A stretch of DNA of 64,000 nucleotides from Candidatus Acidiferrum sp. GTDB lineage: Bacteria; Verrucomicrobiota; Verrucomicrobiia; Limisphaerales; UBA11358. The translations under genes and the position numbers were made by a program. The DNA is taken from NCBI GenBank assembly GCA_035506715.1, contig DATJOW010000017.1, positions 14,078 to 78,077 on the forward strand, given 5' to 3'. This document shows, in pieces, positions 45,305-55,279 of this stretch. The notes beneath the pieces were generated by a model. It did not search any database and was not told where the DNA came from. It worked only from the letters and a program-made list of their open reading frames with translations. Positions within the stretch are counted from its first letter, which is position 1; every line of letters starts with the position of its first letter.

Positions 45305-46744
45305 TCAGAACAGCGAGTAAACCATGCCGGTCTGGACGCGCCAGACATCGCCATGGGCACCGTCGTTCTCTTCCTTGTAGCCGTAGAGGCATTCCAAGCC
45401 GACGCTGAGCCGTTTGCGGAGCTGCCAGACCAGGTTCCCGCTGGAATAATACGTTTTGTGGTAGGCGGCCCCGGTCTGGGCTTGCTCATTTTGCAGATCC
45501 ACGAAGCCGAACGTGGCGGTGGAACGGAACTTTTCCGACCATTGGTGCGTGTAACCGCCCATGGTGGCCAGGTACGTCAGCGACTGCAATGAACCGTCCG
45601 CGTTGTACGCTGCGTCGCCGCCGTTGAACCCGGTGTAGGTGAAGTTGTCGTTGCAGAAGGCGAAAATGCCCTGGCCGTAGGTGAACTGGGCCTGGACCGA
45701 GTCATGCTCGAAAACGTTTAAACTGGTGGACAGGTTCAAACCCCATCCCAAAACGTTCTGCTGACCGAGGGTCGGGCTGTTGGCGCCGATATCGCGCAGG
45801 ATGGTGGCAAACTGCACATGGCCCCACTTGGAGTCTTCCCAACGAACATTGAAGCCGCCATCCGGCAAATGGTTAACCGAGGAAGCGTCAGTGCCCGGTG
45901 TGCCGGCGGTATCAACCTGCGATGAGGGCTGCTGCACTCCGAAGTTTATCTGCCATCGATCATTGAGCGGCAGCATGTAGCGCACCGTCGCCTGCCGCGC
46001 AAAGATCATCGAATTCGGCCCTTCGAAGTCCACCGTGTCCGGCCAGACGTCCGGGTCTTCGAAGATGCTGTACGTGAAGCCGGCCGTGACATTGTAAATC
46101 TGGCCGTATAATTGTTTGAGGCGATAGGACATGCCGCTGCCGCTGCCGAAAAAGTCGTTGTTGTAGTAGAAGCGGAAGTCGCCCGGCATGTTGGGCGCCC
46201 GCACGTCCATGCTCAGGGACGAGCCCTTGGCGGTCATGTTGAACTGCTCGCCGCCACCGTATTGCGGGGTGTGTTCCATCGGGATGGTGGCGGTGACAAA
46301 CCGGTCCGGATTTCCGGAATTCTGGTTGTCCTCCATCATATCCACGCGCGGCTTCGCGTTGAACTTGATGAGGGCGTCCGTGTTGGGCACCGGGATGAAC
46401 CCCCGATATTTGGGATCAAGCGTGAGGTCGTTCAACCGCGGTGCGGCTTCCTGCATGTCGTTCATGTTGGCCCGGTCCGCCACGGGGCTCGGGTGCCCGA
46501 TGATGGGGTTGGTCGGCATGGCAAAATACACACCCTCACCGACGTTGGTTCCCGGCGCCGCGACCATCCCCCTCTGCTTTTCCAGTTCGGCAATTTTCTG
46601 CTGCATCTCTTCCATGCTTTTTTGCATGGCCTGCATGGCGGATTTGAGCTGGTCGAGCTCGGACGACTGGGCCGGCGCCGCGAGGACACCGGCGGCCATC
46701 AACGAAATGACCACGATTGAAGTTTTCATGGTTGCTGGTTTCAT
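45305..46744 (-). CDS. Outer-membrane porin with N-terminal coiled coil (DcaP-like architecture)
   Basis: Signal peptide, coiled coil ELDQLKSAMQAMQKSMEEMQQKIAELEKQ, alternating beta-strand pattern, C-terminal ...GMVYSLF with terminal Phe. Confidence 0.7.
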   Translation of the reverse strand: MKPATMKTSIVVISLMAAGVLAAPAQSSELDQLKSAMQAMQKSMEEMQQKIAELEKQRGMVAAPGTNVGEGVYFAMPTNPIIGHPSPVADRANMNDMQEAAPRLNDLTLDPKYRGFIPVPNTDALIKFNAKPRVDMMEDNQNSGNPDRFVTATIPMEHTPQYGGGEQFNMTAKGSSLSMDVRAPNMPGDFRFYYNNDFFGSGSGMSYRLKQLYGQIYNVTAGFTYSIFEDPDVWPDTVDFEGPNSMIFARQATVRYMLPLNDRWQINFGVQQPSSQVDTAGTPGTDASSVNHLPDGGFNVRWEDSKWGHVQFATILRDIGANSPTLGQQNVLGWGLNLSTSLNVFEHDSVQAQFTYGQGIFAFCNDNFTYTGFNGGDAAYNADGSLQSLTYLATMGGYTHQWSEKFRSTATFGFVDLQNEQAQTGAAYHKTYYSSGNLVWQLRKRLSVGLECLYGYKEENDGAHGDVWRVQTGMVYSLF

Positions 46745-46775
46745 AAATCAATTTCGGGTTGCAGGATTTTAAGGG

Positions 46776-47882
46776 TTACTTGAGCGAACCGAACAGGTCC
46801 AGGTCCAGTTCCCTGACGATGTAGTCAATCGCCTCGGTGGCCCGCACGCTGTTGCCGGCCTCGTTCACGGGAGGTGAAAATCCGACGACGGCCATTTTAC
46901 CCGGAACCACGGCGACAATGCCGCCGCCCACCCCGGTTTTGGCGGGCAGGCCGGCGTTGTAAGCCCAGGCCCCGGATTCATCGTAGAACCCCGCCATCAT
47001 CATCACCGCCAGAACGCGCGGCACATACTTCGAATCCAGGCAGCGCTCCTGGGTGATCGGGTTCACCCCCCCGTTGGCCAGCGTTGCGCCCATGACGGCC
47101 AGTTGTTTCGCGGTCACGCCGATGGAGCATTGTTTGGTGTACACATCGGTCGCCTCCGGCGGGTCACAGAACAGGTTTTCGTTGTTGTACAGGATCCAGG
47201 CGATGCCGCGGTTGCGGAAATTCGTGGCCGCCTCGGATTTGTAAACCTCGTCAATCAACTTGAGTTTCTCGCCGGCAAATTTGCTTTGATAGGCCAGAAT
47301 CTTCTCCCAGCGATCCTCGGGACCGTTGGCCTTGACCAGGCTGACCGACGCCATGGCCCCGGCGTTCACCAGCGGGTTGACCGCCTTGTTGTTGTGCATG
47401 CCCAGCGCCACCACCGAGTTGAACGGCATCCCGGTCGGCTCGACGCCGATTTTCTTGAACACCGCCTCTTCGCCGGATTCCTGCATGACCTGGGCCATGG
47501 TGAACACCTTCGAGCAGGACTGGATGGAGAAGGCGTAGTCAATGTCGCCGGCGCTGTACACTTTGCCGTCCGCGGTGACGATGACCACCGCGAACAGGTT
47601 CGACGGCACGCTGGCAAGGTACGGAATGTAGTCGGCGTTCTTGCCCGACTTGTCGTCTTTGAATTTGTTGTAGGCTTCTTCGACGACACGCTGCAGATCA
47701 GGCGTCGCCGAGGGAGCAGCCGCGGTTTGGCCTGCGGCCGGTTGGGCTGCAGACTTGTTGTTATGAACCTGGATACAACCAACCACGGCGAGCAGCGAAA
47801 CGACCAGCACGACTGCGCTCAGGTGGCGAAGGCTGAGTCCGGTTTTTTTAGTTTTCATGGTTGTGATCATGGTGGTTTTCAT
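46776..47882 (-). CDS. glsA: Exported glutaminase A (lipoprotein-type signal)
   Basis: YIPYLASVPSNLFAVVIVTADGKVYSAGD, FSIQSCSKVF (beta-lactamase-like SxxK), KTGVGGGI. Signal LSAVVLVVSLLAVVGC. The start is ambiguous (ATGs at 47918, 47882, 47870, 47858). Confidence 0.85.
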   Translation of the reverse strand: MKTTMITTMKTKKTGLSLRHLSAVVLVVSLLAVVGCIQVHNNKSAAQPAAGQTAAAPSATPDLQRVVEEAYNKFKDDKSGKNADYIPYLASVPSNLFAVVIVTADGKVYSAGDIDYAFSIQSCSKVFTMAQVMQESGEEAVFKKIGVEPTGMPFNSVVALGMHNNKAVNPLVNAGAMASVSLVKANGPEDRWEKILAYQSKFAGEKLKLIDEVYKSEAATNFRNRGIAWILYNNENLFCDPPEATDVYTKQCSIGVTAKQLAVMGATLANGGVNPITQERCLDSKYVPRVLAVMMMAGFYDESGAWAYNAGLPAKTGVGGGIVAVVPGKMAVVGFSPPVNEAGNSVRATEAIDYIVRELDLDLFGSLK

Positions 47883-47940
47883 CTTTGTAATCTTGGATTG
47901 GGATTTAATCTGGTTCATCAGCGGATCGCGACAGTAAGGC

Positions 47941-49005
47941 TTAATACTCCATAAAGTACTGCTGCAATTTCTTCGGGTCATTGGTCTTCATCAGGCCGAG
48001 CATCGCCAGAATGCGGGCCTTTTGCGGGCTCAATTCCATCGAGGTGATGAAACCCAGTTTGTCGTCGTCCACCTCGACGTTGCGCACCACCAGGCCGCTG
48101 CCGGTCCGGGTTGCTCGAACCACCAAAACACCCTTTTTGGCGGCGTCGGAAAGCGCGGCAATCACCGCGTCGGTGCTGTTGCCGTCCCCCACCCCCGCGA
48201 GCACGATGCCCTTGACGCCGTCCTTGACCAGGAAGTTCACGACCTCAGGCCCGACATTGGCGTAGGAATAAACAATCTCCACGCGCGGCAGGTCGTTCGT
48301 ACCCTTGCCGTCCACGGAAAATTCGCTCCTCGTGGTGTGCTTGGTGGTGTTGTGGTTGAAGAGATGGATCGTGCCCACGTTCATGACGCCGGCCCGGCCG
48401 CGATTGGGCGACTGGAAGGTATTGAGCGAAGTGCTGTTCATCTTCTGCGCCTCACGCGCATAGTGAATTTCGTCGTTGAGCACGACGAGCGGGCCGAGGC
48501 CGCGGGCATCCGGGCTCGCCGCGAGCGCGACCGCGTTGTAAAGATTCGCCGGCCCATCTGCGCTGGTCGCCGTGGCCGGGCGCATGGAACCGACGAGGAC
48601 CACCGGCTTGTCGCTGTGAACGACGAGGCTGAGAAAATACGCGGTTTCTTCCATGGTATCGGTGCCGTGAGTAATTACAACGCCGTCCACATCCTTGTCA
48701 GCCAGGACTTCGTTGACGCGTTTGGCCAGCTTGAGCCACACCTCGTGGTTCATCGTCTGGCTGCCGATGTTGGCCACCTGCTCCCCGCTCAAGTCGGCGA
48801 GATCGCCGAGGTGCGGAACAGCCTTGATGAGGTCATCCACCGAAAAGCTGCCGGATTTGTAGCCGACCTCGGTGGAGCTGGCCTGGGCGCCGGCGATGGT
48901 GCCGCCGGTGGCGAGAATTTTGATCTTGGGTTTGGCCTGGGCGGCGGTGGAAAACATCAAGGCCATCACCGCAACAAGGCACAGGAGGTATCGTGTCGTT
49001 TTCAT
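47941..49005 (-). CDS. ansB: Periplasmic type II L-asparaginase
   Basis: Signal peptide, then KIKILATGGTIAG (catalytic Thr), HGTDTMEETA, GVVLVVRATRTGSG. Confidence 0.9.
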   Translation of the reverse strand: MKTTRYLLCLVAVMALMFSTAAQAKPKIKILATGGTIAGAQASSTEVGYKSGSFSVDDLIKAVPHLGDLADLSGEQVANIGSQTMNHEVWLKLAKRVNEVLADKDVDGVVITHGTDTMEETAYFLSLVVHSDKPVVLVGSMRPATATSADGPANLYNAVALAASPDARGLGPLVVLNDEIHYAREAQKMNSTSLNTFQSPNRGRAGVMNVGTIHLFNHNTTKHTTRSEFSVDGKGTNDLPRVEIVYSYANVGPEVVNFLVKDGVKGIVLAGVGDGNSTDAVIAALSDAAKKGVLVVRATRTGSGLVVRNVEVDDDKLGFITSMELSPQKARILAMLGLMKTNDPKKLQQYFMEY

Positions 49006-49071
49006 ATTCAGTTCAATTTTGGTTTGCAGTTTGTTTTTGCCCGTTGGTTCACAATTTGAGTTCGCTGAAAT

Positions 49072-50721
49072 CTAGGCCGCCCGGCCTCTCTTTGAGGCCT
49101 TCCATTCCGTGACATAGGCCTGCGCCGCGGTGCGGAGGTATTGCCCGATCTTCGGATAGGTGTCTTCGGGGAGGTTGGCCAGCGAGACCCGCACGGACCA
49201 GTCTGGCCCGCCGAAGCCGCCGCCGTGCATGAGCACCACGCCGGAGTGCTCGGCCAGGCGGAAGAGCACGTCGGTGCATTCGTAGTTCTTCCGCAAAAAC
49301 CGCGCGAAATCCGGGCCGTACTCCTTTTCCGCCCACACCATCAGGTCAAGCTGGACGTAATAGGCGGCGCGGTCGCTGTCAGGCGGCAGCGTCAGGCCCA
49401 GGCCCTCGAACATCGCCTGAAACCGCCGACGCACGATGATCTGGCAAAGGGATTTGTAACTGTTGGCCGTGTCCAGCAGGGCGAACGTGGAGAACAGCGC
49501 CATCTGGATCTGCTGGGGCAACGAAAGGCCCGCGGTGTGGTTCAACGCCACCATCCGGCTGTCCGCCACCATGCGGTCGATGAACTTCACCTTGGCCGGC
49601 TCCAGCGTGATGGGGCTGTAACGATGATTCAGTCTGGCGCGGGTTTTGGCCGGCAGCTTCGCAATCATCTTGTCGAAGATGTTGTTCTGGTGGACGGCCA
49701 CCACGCCCAGGCGCCAGCCGGTGCACCCGAAATGCTTCGAGTAGGAGTACACGCCAATGGTGTTCTGCGGCAGCTCGGCCATGGCCGACCGGAAGCCCGG
49801 CACAAACGTGCCGTACACGTCATCGGTGATGATGATGAGGTCAGGCCGTTTCGTCTTGACGAGTTTGACCAGGCGCTGCATCGAGCTTTTGCGCATGGCA
49901 AACGACGGCGGGTTGCTGGGGTTGACGAGGAAGAACGCCTTGATGCGCTTGTCCTTCAGCTTGTCGATTTCCGCGTCGGCATATTGCCAGGTGTGGGCGC
50001 CGTTCTCGCGGCATTCGGAACTGGCGTCAAGGTTGACCACCTTGAAGGCAAAGCGGTCCATGTGCGCAATCTCAATGTAGGGCGTGAACGTCGGCACCGC
50101 CAGCGCGATGGTGTCGCCGCGATGCAACAGCTCGTTCTGCATCAGTGTATCGAAAATGTAACACATTGCCGCCGTGCCGCCTTCGACGGCAAAGATGTCG
50201 AATTTGCCCGCGGGCGGGCGGCTGTCGCACATTTCCTGGTCGAGGAATTCGTGCACGATGCGCTCGCAACAGCGCAACATCCGGTCGGGCACCGGATACA
50301 TATCGCCAATGATGCCATGAGTCAGTTCGTAGGCGAAGGCCTCGGCGTCGAACTTGAGCTTCTTGACGCCGTAATTCCAGGTGTCGCGGAGCAGCTTGAC
50401 GCCGGGCGCCTGGGGATTGGCGTCGAGGAAATCTTCAAACCGCGACGCCAGGCCGGGACTTTGGGCAATCTGCCTTCCCAGGTCGGGGATGTTGACGCCC
50501 CGGCGGGATTCTTCGAGGCCAAAGCGAAGGAGCGTTCCAAAGGCGTCGCGCGGCGTGGTGCAAATCCAGTTTGGATTGCCGCGACCGGCGTTGAGGAATT
50601 GGGCCGTTTGATCGCGCTCGGCCACCTGGGCGAGCTTGATCAGTTCATCTTTCAGTTCGAACGGGCTGAGTTTGAGCAGCGCTTTTTGATGTTCGCGCGT
50701 TGTGGAGGCTTTTATGTTCAT
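49072..50721 (-). CDS. asdA: Aspartate 4-decarboxylase (PLP-dependent)
   Basis: Strong resemblance to characterised AsdA: LSPFELKDELIKLA, LNAGRGNPNW, FAVEGGTAAMCYIF, VNPSNPPS, TDDVYGTF, YSYSKHFGCTGWRLGV, KFIDRMVADSRMVALNHTAGLS. Confidence 0.85.
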   Translation of the reverse strand: MNIKASTTREHQKALLKLSPFELKDELIKLAQVAERDQTAQFLNAGRGNPNWICTTPRDAFGTLLRFGLEESRRGVNIPDLGRQIAQSPGLASRFEDFLDANPQAPGVKLLRDTWNYGVKKLKFDAEAFAYELTHGIIGDMYPVPDRMLRCCERIVHEFLDQEMCDSRPPAGKFDIFAVEGGTAAMCYIFDTLMQNELLHRGDTIALAVPTFTPYIEIAHMDRFAFKVVNLDASSECRENGAHTWQYADAEIDKLKDKRIKAFFLVNPSNPPSFAMRKSSMQRLVKLVKTKRPDLIIITDDVYGTFVPGFRSAMAELPQNTIGVYSYSKHFGCTGWRLGVVAVHQNNIFDKMIAKLPAKTRARLNHRYSPITLEPAKVKFIDRMVADSRMVALNHTAGLSLPQQIQMALFSTFALLDTANSYKSLCQIIVRRRFQAMFEGLGLTLPPDSDRAAYYVQLDLMVWAEKEYGPDFARFLRKNYECTDVLFRLAEHSGVVLMHGGGFGGPDWSVRVSLANLPEDTYPKIGQYLRTAAQAYVTEWKASKRGRAA

Positions 50722-50741
50722 AGATTTGGGAGGGTATTGGT

Positions 50742-52469
50742 TTAGCGCATCATAACGACGATCACGGTTCCCCAGGCAATCAGGAGCACGTTGCCAAGAG
50801 CGTAGGGCAGGCCGTAACCAAGCGCGGGCACCTTGCTGTCGGCGGCTTCCTGCACCGCCAGCAGCGATGGCGTCGCCGTGCCCGCGCCGGCACAGGCTCC
50901 CAGCACGATCCCCGGATGCATTTTCAACAGAAAACGGCCGACGAGAATGGCAACGGTGTGCGAAATGAAAACAACCGCCAGGCAGACGAGGATGAGGCCG
51001 AAGCCGGCCTCCTTCAACCCCGTGAAAAACGCCGGGCCGGCGCTCAGGCCGACCACGGCGATGAACGCGTTCAGGCCGACGGAATCAAACAGCCACAGGG
51101 CGGACTCGGGAATGTGCCCAAAAACCGGGTAAACGGACCTCAGCCAGCCGAGCACCAGGCCCGCAAACAGTACGCCGCCACTCGTGCCCAGGCCGACAGG
51201 GATGCCGTGGACCGGCAACTCCTGCAGGCCCATCAGGCCGCCGATGAAAATGCCCAGCCCCACAAACACCATGTCGGTCATGCTGGTGGCCCGGTTGACG
51301 TAGCCCAAAACCCTGGCCGCGCGCTCGACATCCCGCTGGGCGCCAACCAGCGTCAGCGTGTCGCCGCGGTTCACCTCGGTGGCGGCGGTGAACGGCAGTT
51401 CGGTGCCGGCGCGGACAATTTTGCGCAGGATGACGCCATGGCTCATCAGCCGCCCCTGGTCGCTGATGGTCGCCAATTCGGCCAGGGTTTTGCCGCTGTA
51501 CTCCTTGTTGGTGACCACGACATCCAAAATGACCCCCGGGAAATCCAGCAGCTCCTTGTCCTCCACCTCTCCCGTCAGCGGGAAGTCCGGCGCCAGCAGG
51601 AATTCGCGCCGGGCGATGAGGGCCAGCACGTCGCCCGCGAGGATTTTCATCTGCGGCTCCGGCTCGAGGAGCTGCTCGCCCCGGCGGAGGCGTTGAACAA
51701 ACACGCGCCGGCCGGCCCCGTGCCAGCGCGCCTCGAATTCGGCGATGGTCTGGCCGGGAAGATCACCGCCGGGGACGCGATAGGCCCGGATGTCCCAGGC
51801 CCGGTAGGCCGATTGCACTCCGGGCGCATGGCTGGGCCCGCCGCCGGACATTTCCTGCTCCAGCTTACGGCATTCCTCCTTGAGGTTCACCCGCATGAGC
51901 AGCGGGCCGATGGCGGGCAGGAACCAGGCGGTGCTGATGGTCCCGAGCAGGTACGTGACGGCGAAAGCGATCGTCATCTTATCCACCAACTGGTCCTGGT
52001 CGGCCTCCGGCATGGACAGGCGATGGATGGCGTCGCCCGCCGTGCCGAGCGTGGCCGACTCGGTCATGGAACCGGCCAGCAGCCCGGCCGTGGTGCCGAT
52101 GTTGTAGCCCATGAGCCGCGCGGCGGCGAACGAGGTGCACAAGGCGGTCAAACACAGAACCACCGTGACCACCGCCTGGGGCAATCCCGTCTTCCGCAAT
52201 CCGCCGAAGAACTGCGGGCCGACCTTGTAGCCGATTGCGAACAGGAACATCAGGAAGAACACCGCCTTGACGTTCGGCGAGACGTCAATCTTCATCTGGC
52301 CGATCAGGACGCCGGCAATCAAAACACCCGTGACCGACCCGATGGCGAACGACCCGAACTTGATCCGCCCGATCAGGTAGCCCAGCGCCAGCGTCAGAAA
52401 GACCGCCAGCTCCGGGTGCTGTTGCATTGCTTTGATGAGCGGTTCCATGCTAATGGGAAAATCGGGCAA
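50742..52469 (-). CDS. aspT: AAE-family transporter, aspartate:alanine antiporter-like
   Basis: Duplicated YidE/YbjL-type membrane domains flanking two RCK_C/TrkA-C domains. Starts 7 nt after the upstream gene and lies 20 nt upstream of asdA, the classic aspT-asdA pairing. Confidence 0.75.
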   Translation of the reverse strand: MPDFPISMEPLIKAMQQHPELAVFLTLALGYLIGRIKFGSFAIGSVTGVLIAGVLIGQMKIDVSPNVKAVFFLMFLFAIGYKVGPQFFGGLRKTGLPQAVVTVVLCLTALCTSFAAARLMGYNIGTTAGLLAGSMTESATLGTAGDAIHRLSMPEADQDQLVDKMTIAFAVTYLLGTISTAWFLPAIGPLLMRVNLKEECRKLEQEMSGGGPSHAPGVQSAYRAWDIRAYRVPGGDLPGQTIAEFEARWHGAGRRVFVQRLRRGEQLLEPEPQMKILAGDVLALIARREFLLAPDFPLTGEVEDKELLDFPGVILDVVVTNKEYSGKTLAELATISDQGRLMSHGVILRKIVRAGTELPFTAATEVNRGDTLTLVGAQRDVERAARVLGYVNRATSMTDMVFVGLGIFIGGLMGLQELPVHGIPVGLGTSGGVLFAGLVLGWLRSVYPVFGHIPESALWLFDSVGLNAFIAVVGLSAGPAFFTGLKEAGFGLILVCLAVVFISHTVAILVGRFLLKMHPGIVLGACAGAGTATPSLLAVQEAADSKVPALGYGLPYALGNVLLIAWGTVIVVMMR

Positions 52470-52476
52470 TGATTAA

Positions 52477-55239
52477 TTATTTCTTCGCTTTCGCTGGTTT
52501 GCCGCCGGCGCCTTTCTTTTCGAGTTTCAACACCTTCAATCCCGCGGCGGCGTGGTAGCCGTGGATTTCCTTCACGTCCAGTTTGCGCATGAAGGTGATG
52601 ATTTCCGGGCTGATGACCTGGCCGGGCACCATGATGGGGAAACCGGGCGGATACGGGATGACGAAGTTGGCCGAGACCAGTTCTGGGCCTTTCTTCAACC
52701 GCTCATCAATTTCCTTGCCGTTGAGCTTGATGTGCTCGCAATTTTCCTCGTCGTAGGCCGCGTAGAAGGCCGCGCGCATGTCACCCTCGGGCGTCTTGCT
52801 CTTCGGATTGGCCCGGAACAAATCGTGATAGCGGCTGAAGTTCGGCAGGTCCGGCACTTCCTCGCAGAGCGACTTCACGCGCGCCTGGAACGTCTGCGCC
52901 TCCTCGCTCCGGGAGTTGGCCAGCCGCGCCTCGAGGTCGCGCGCGATGTCGGCCAGCACCTTGATCAGATAAGCGATGTCGCTCCGGGTGTTGTTGATGT
53001 TCGTCATCAGCAGGATCGTGTTGCGCGAGGTCTTGTTGATCTGGATGTCGAATTTTTCGGCGAGCAGGCCCTTGAATTGCGTGCCGTCGAAGCCGGCCGT
53101 GCCGCACATCAAGGTGAGCCGCGTCGGGTCCAGCGCAAACTCGTCGTTGTCCAGCGCTTCGATGGCCTCCTTCCAGGTGGAATGCGGCGGGCCGTAGTCC
53201 GCCAGGCCGCTGCCGCGCAGTTCCGCCGGTATCATTTCCGCCGGGGTCAGAATGCGAAAGTACTTCGAAATGAGCGGATGCGAGTTCACCTCGCGCCGCA
53301 GTCGGATGGCGAAACCCGTGTGCTTCATCACCAGCTCATAGCCTTCCAGCTCGGCCTGCCGGCGCGCGACATCGAGCGAGGCAAGGATCTGCTGGTTGGG
53401 CGAGGTGGAGGTGTGCGTAAAGAACGCCTCGTCGAACGGCTCCTCGACCGATTCGAAATCGTCGTCGTTCACCATGATCATGGATCCCTGGCGCAGTGAC
53501 GAAAGGGATTTGTGGGTGGATTGAGTGGCGTAGACGCGGATCCGCACCTTGTCCGGATCGGGCAGCAGATGGAGATCAAGCCGTTTCGGGTCGTTGGGCC
53601 CGAGCTGGGCGGCCTGCTTTTGGAACGCGGCGTATTCGGCCCGGTAAGCCTCGTCGCGATAGCGCGCCCGCAACGCGTCCGCGGCGGCCATGCCGGTGCG
53701 CCGGCGATGGAACGGCGAGAACCGCGCAAAACTGAACCAGGCCTCATCCCAGAGGAAAATGAGATCGGGTTTGATGGCGAGGCATTCCTCCATCACCCGC
53801 TTGGTGTTGTACAGGTGACCGTCGAAGGTGCAGTTGGTCAGGTCGAGCATCCGGACGCGGTCGAGCTTGCCTTCGGCCTTCAGGTCCAGCAGCGCCTTTT
53901 TGATCGTGCGCAGCGGCACGCCGCCGTACATCGAGAATTTATGGAGCGGAAACGCTTCCAGATAGACCGGCAGCGCGCCCGCCAGCACGCAACCGTAGTG
54001 ATGCGATTTATGGCAGTTGCGATCGATCAACACGATGTCGCCGGGCCGCAACAGCGACTGGACCACGATTTTGTTCGACGTGGAAGTGCCGTTGGTTCCG
54101 AAATAAACGCGCTGCGCGCCGAAACAGCGGGCGGCTTTTTCCTGCGCCTGTTTGATGTTGCCGGTCGGCTCCAGCAGACTGTCGAGACCGCCAGTGGTGG
54201 CCGATGATTCCGCCAAAAACAGGTTGGCGCCGTAGAACTGGCCCATGTCCTGAATCCAGTTGGATTTGAAAATGGATTTGCCGCGGGCGACCGGCAGGGC
54301 GTGAAAGGTGCCGATGGGCCGCCGGCTGTACTTCTTGAGCGTCGAGAAAAAGGGCGTGTCGTAGCGTTCGCTGACGCCTTCCAGGACGCTCAAGTGCAGT
54401 TCCATCAATTCTTCCACGTCGTAAAAGACGCGCCGGATATTTTTCGTGTCGAGCTGTCCCGCCAGCGACTCGACCGCGCGGTCGGTCAGCAGATAAACGT
54501 CGAGCTCGGGGCGGATGCCCCGGATGCCCTTGGCCAGCGTGGTGCCGTAGGCTTCGGGCGCCAGCGAATCGGGATCGACCGGCAGATGCTGGGCGATCTG
54601 GCTCCGAAACACCGGCAGGTTATAACCGGATCGCAAAGCGAATCCGTCATAAATCACCACGGCTTGGACGTTGAAATTGCAGATAACTCCGAGCGCGGCG
54701 TCCTCGAAGCTGGGCACGAGAACGATTTCGTAAATGAAAGGGTCTTCCGGCCGGCGCAATTTCCGGATTTCCTCGCGGATGCGTTTGGCCTGTTCGGCGT
54801 TGACGCCATCGCGCACCACGAGCACCTCGAAGTACGGGCGCGGCCCATCACCGGTCTGGAGATGCGCCGGCAGCGAGGGCAGAATTGTGTCCGCATTTTC
54901 ATCGTCCGTTTCCCACACGCTGGCGTCGTGGCGGTAGGAACCCCGCAGCAATGCCCGGCTGATGCGGTCGGTCAGCCGTGAGAAAGCGGCGAAATCCTCC
55001 TGCTTCAACAAGTCCCGCAACCGGCCGAACAGCTCCGGGCCGGGATACGCCCAGTAACTTTCGAGCGGCTCCAGTTCGGCGAGCAGTTGCGCAGCCTGTG
55101 AACGCAAATCCGCGGCGACCTTAGGCTGAGTGAGCGCCTTGGCCGTGTTGTGCAATTGCTGCCAGCGGTCCTGGCGGGCTTCGGTGGCACTGAAAAAATC
55201 CTTCAAATCGAGCGAGGTGGTTTTTGAGGCAGTGGCCAT
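52477..55239 (-). CDS. Large Orn/Lys/Arg-family (fold I) PLP-dependent amino-acid decarboxylase with receiver-like wing domain
   Basis: Wing-like YFEVLVVRD...IVLVPSFEDA, major domain with the PLP-Lys motif ATQSTHKSLSSLRQGS, C-terminal ANFVIPYPPGFPIMVPG. The ATG at 55239 is preferred over the TTG at 55245. Substrate unknown. Confidence 0.85.
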   Translation of the reverse strand: MATASKTTSLDLKDFFSATEARQDRWQQLHNTAKALTQPKVAADLRSQAAQLLAELEPLESYWAYPGPELFGRLRDLLKQEDFAAFSRLTDRISRALLRGSYRHDASVWETDDENADTILPSLPAHLQTGDGPRPYFEVLVVRDGVNAEQAKRIREEIRKLRRPEDPFIYEIVLVPSFEDAALGVICNFNVQAVVIYDGFALRSGYNLPVFRSQIAQHLPVDPDSLAPEAYGTTLAKGIRGIRPELDVYLLTDRAVESLAGQLDTKNIRRVFYDVEELMELHLSVLEGVSERYDTPFFSTLKKYSRRPIGTFHALPVARGKSIFKSNWIQDMGQFYGANLFLAESSATTGGLDSLLEPTGNIKQAQEKAARCFGAQRVYFGTNGTSTSNKIVVQSLLRPGDIVLIDRNCHKSHHYGCVLAGALPVYLEAFPLHKFSMYGGVPLRTIKKALLDLKAEGKLDRVRMLDLTNCTFDGHLYNTKRVMEECLAIKPDLIFLWDEAWFSFARFSPFHRRRTGMAAADALRARYRDEAYRAEYAAFQKQAAQLGPNDPKRLDLHLLPDPDKVRIRVYATQSTHKSLSSLRQGSMIMVNDDDFESVEEPFDEAFFTHTSTSPNQQILASLDVARRQAELEGYELVMKHTGFAIRLRREVNSHPLISKYFRILTPAEMIPAELRGSGLADYGPPHSTWKEAIEALDNDEFALDPTRLTLMCGTAGFDGTQFKGLLAEKFDIQINKTSRNTILLMTNINNTRSDIAYLIKVLADIARDLEARLANSRSEEAQTFQARVKSLCEEVPDLPNFSRYHDLFRANPKSKTPEGDMRAAFYAAYDEENCEHIKLNGKEIDERLKKGPELVSANFVIPYPPGFPIMVPGQVISPEIITFMRKLDVKEIHGYHAAAGLKVLKLEKKGAGGKPAKAKK

Positions 55240-55279
55240 AATCAATTTTTGGTCTTGGTTGTTGGTCGGTTCAAAATTG

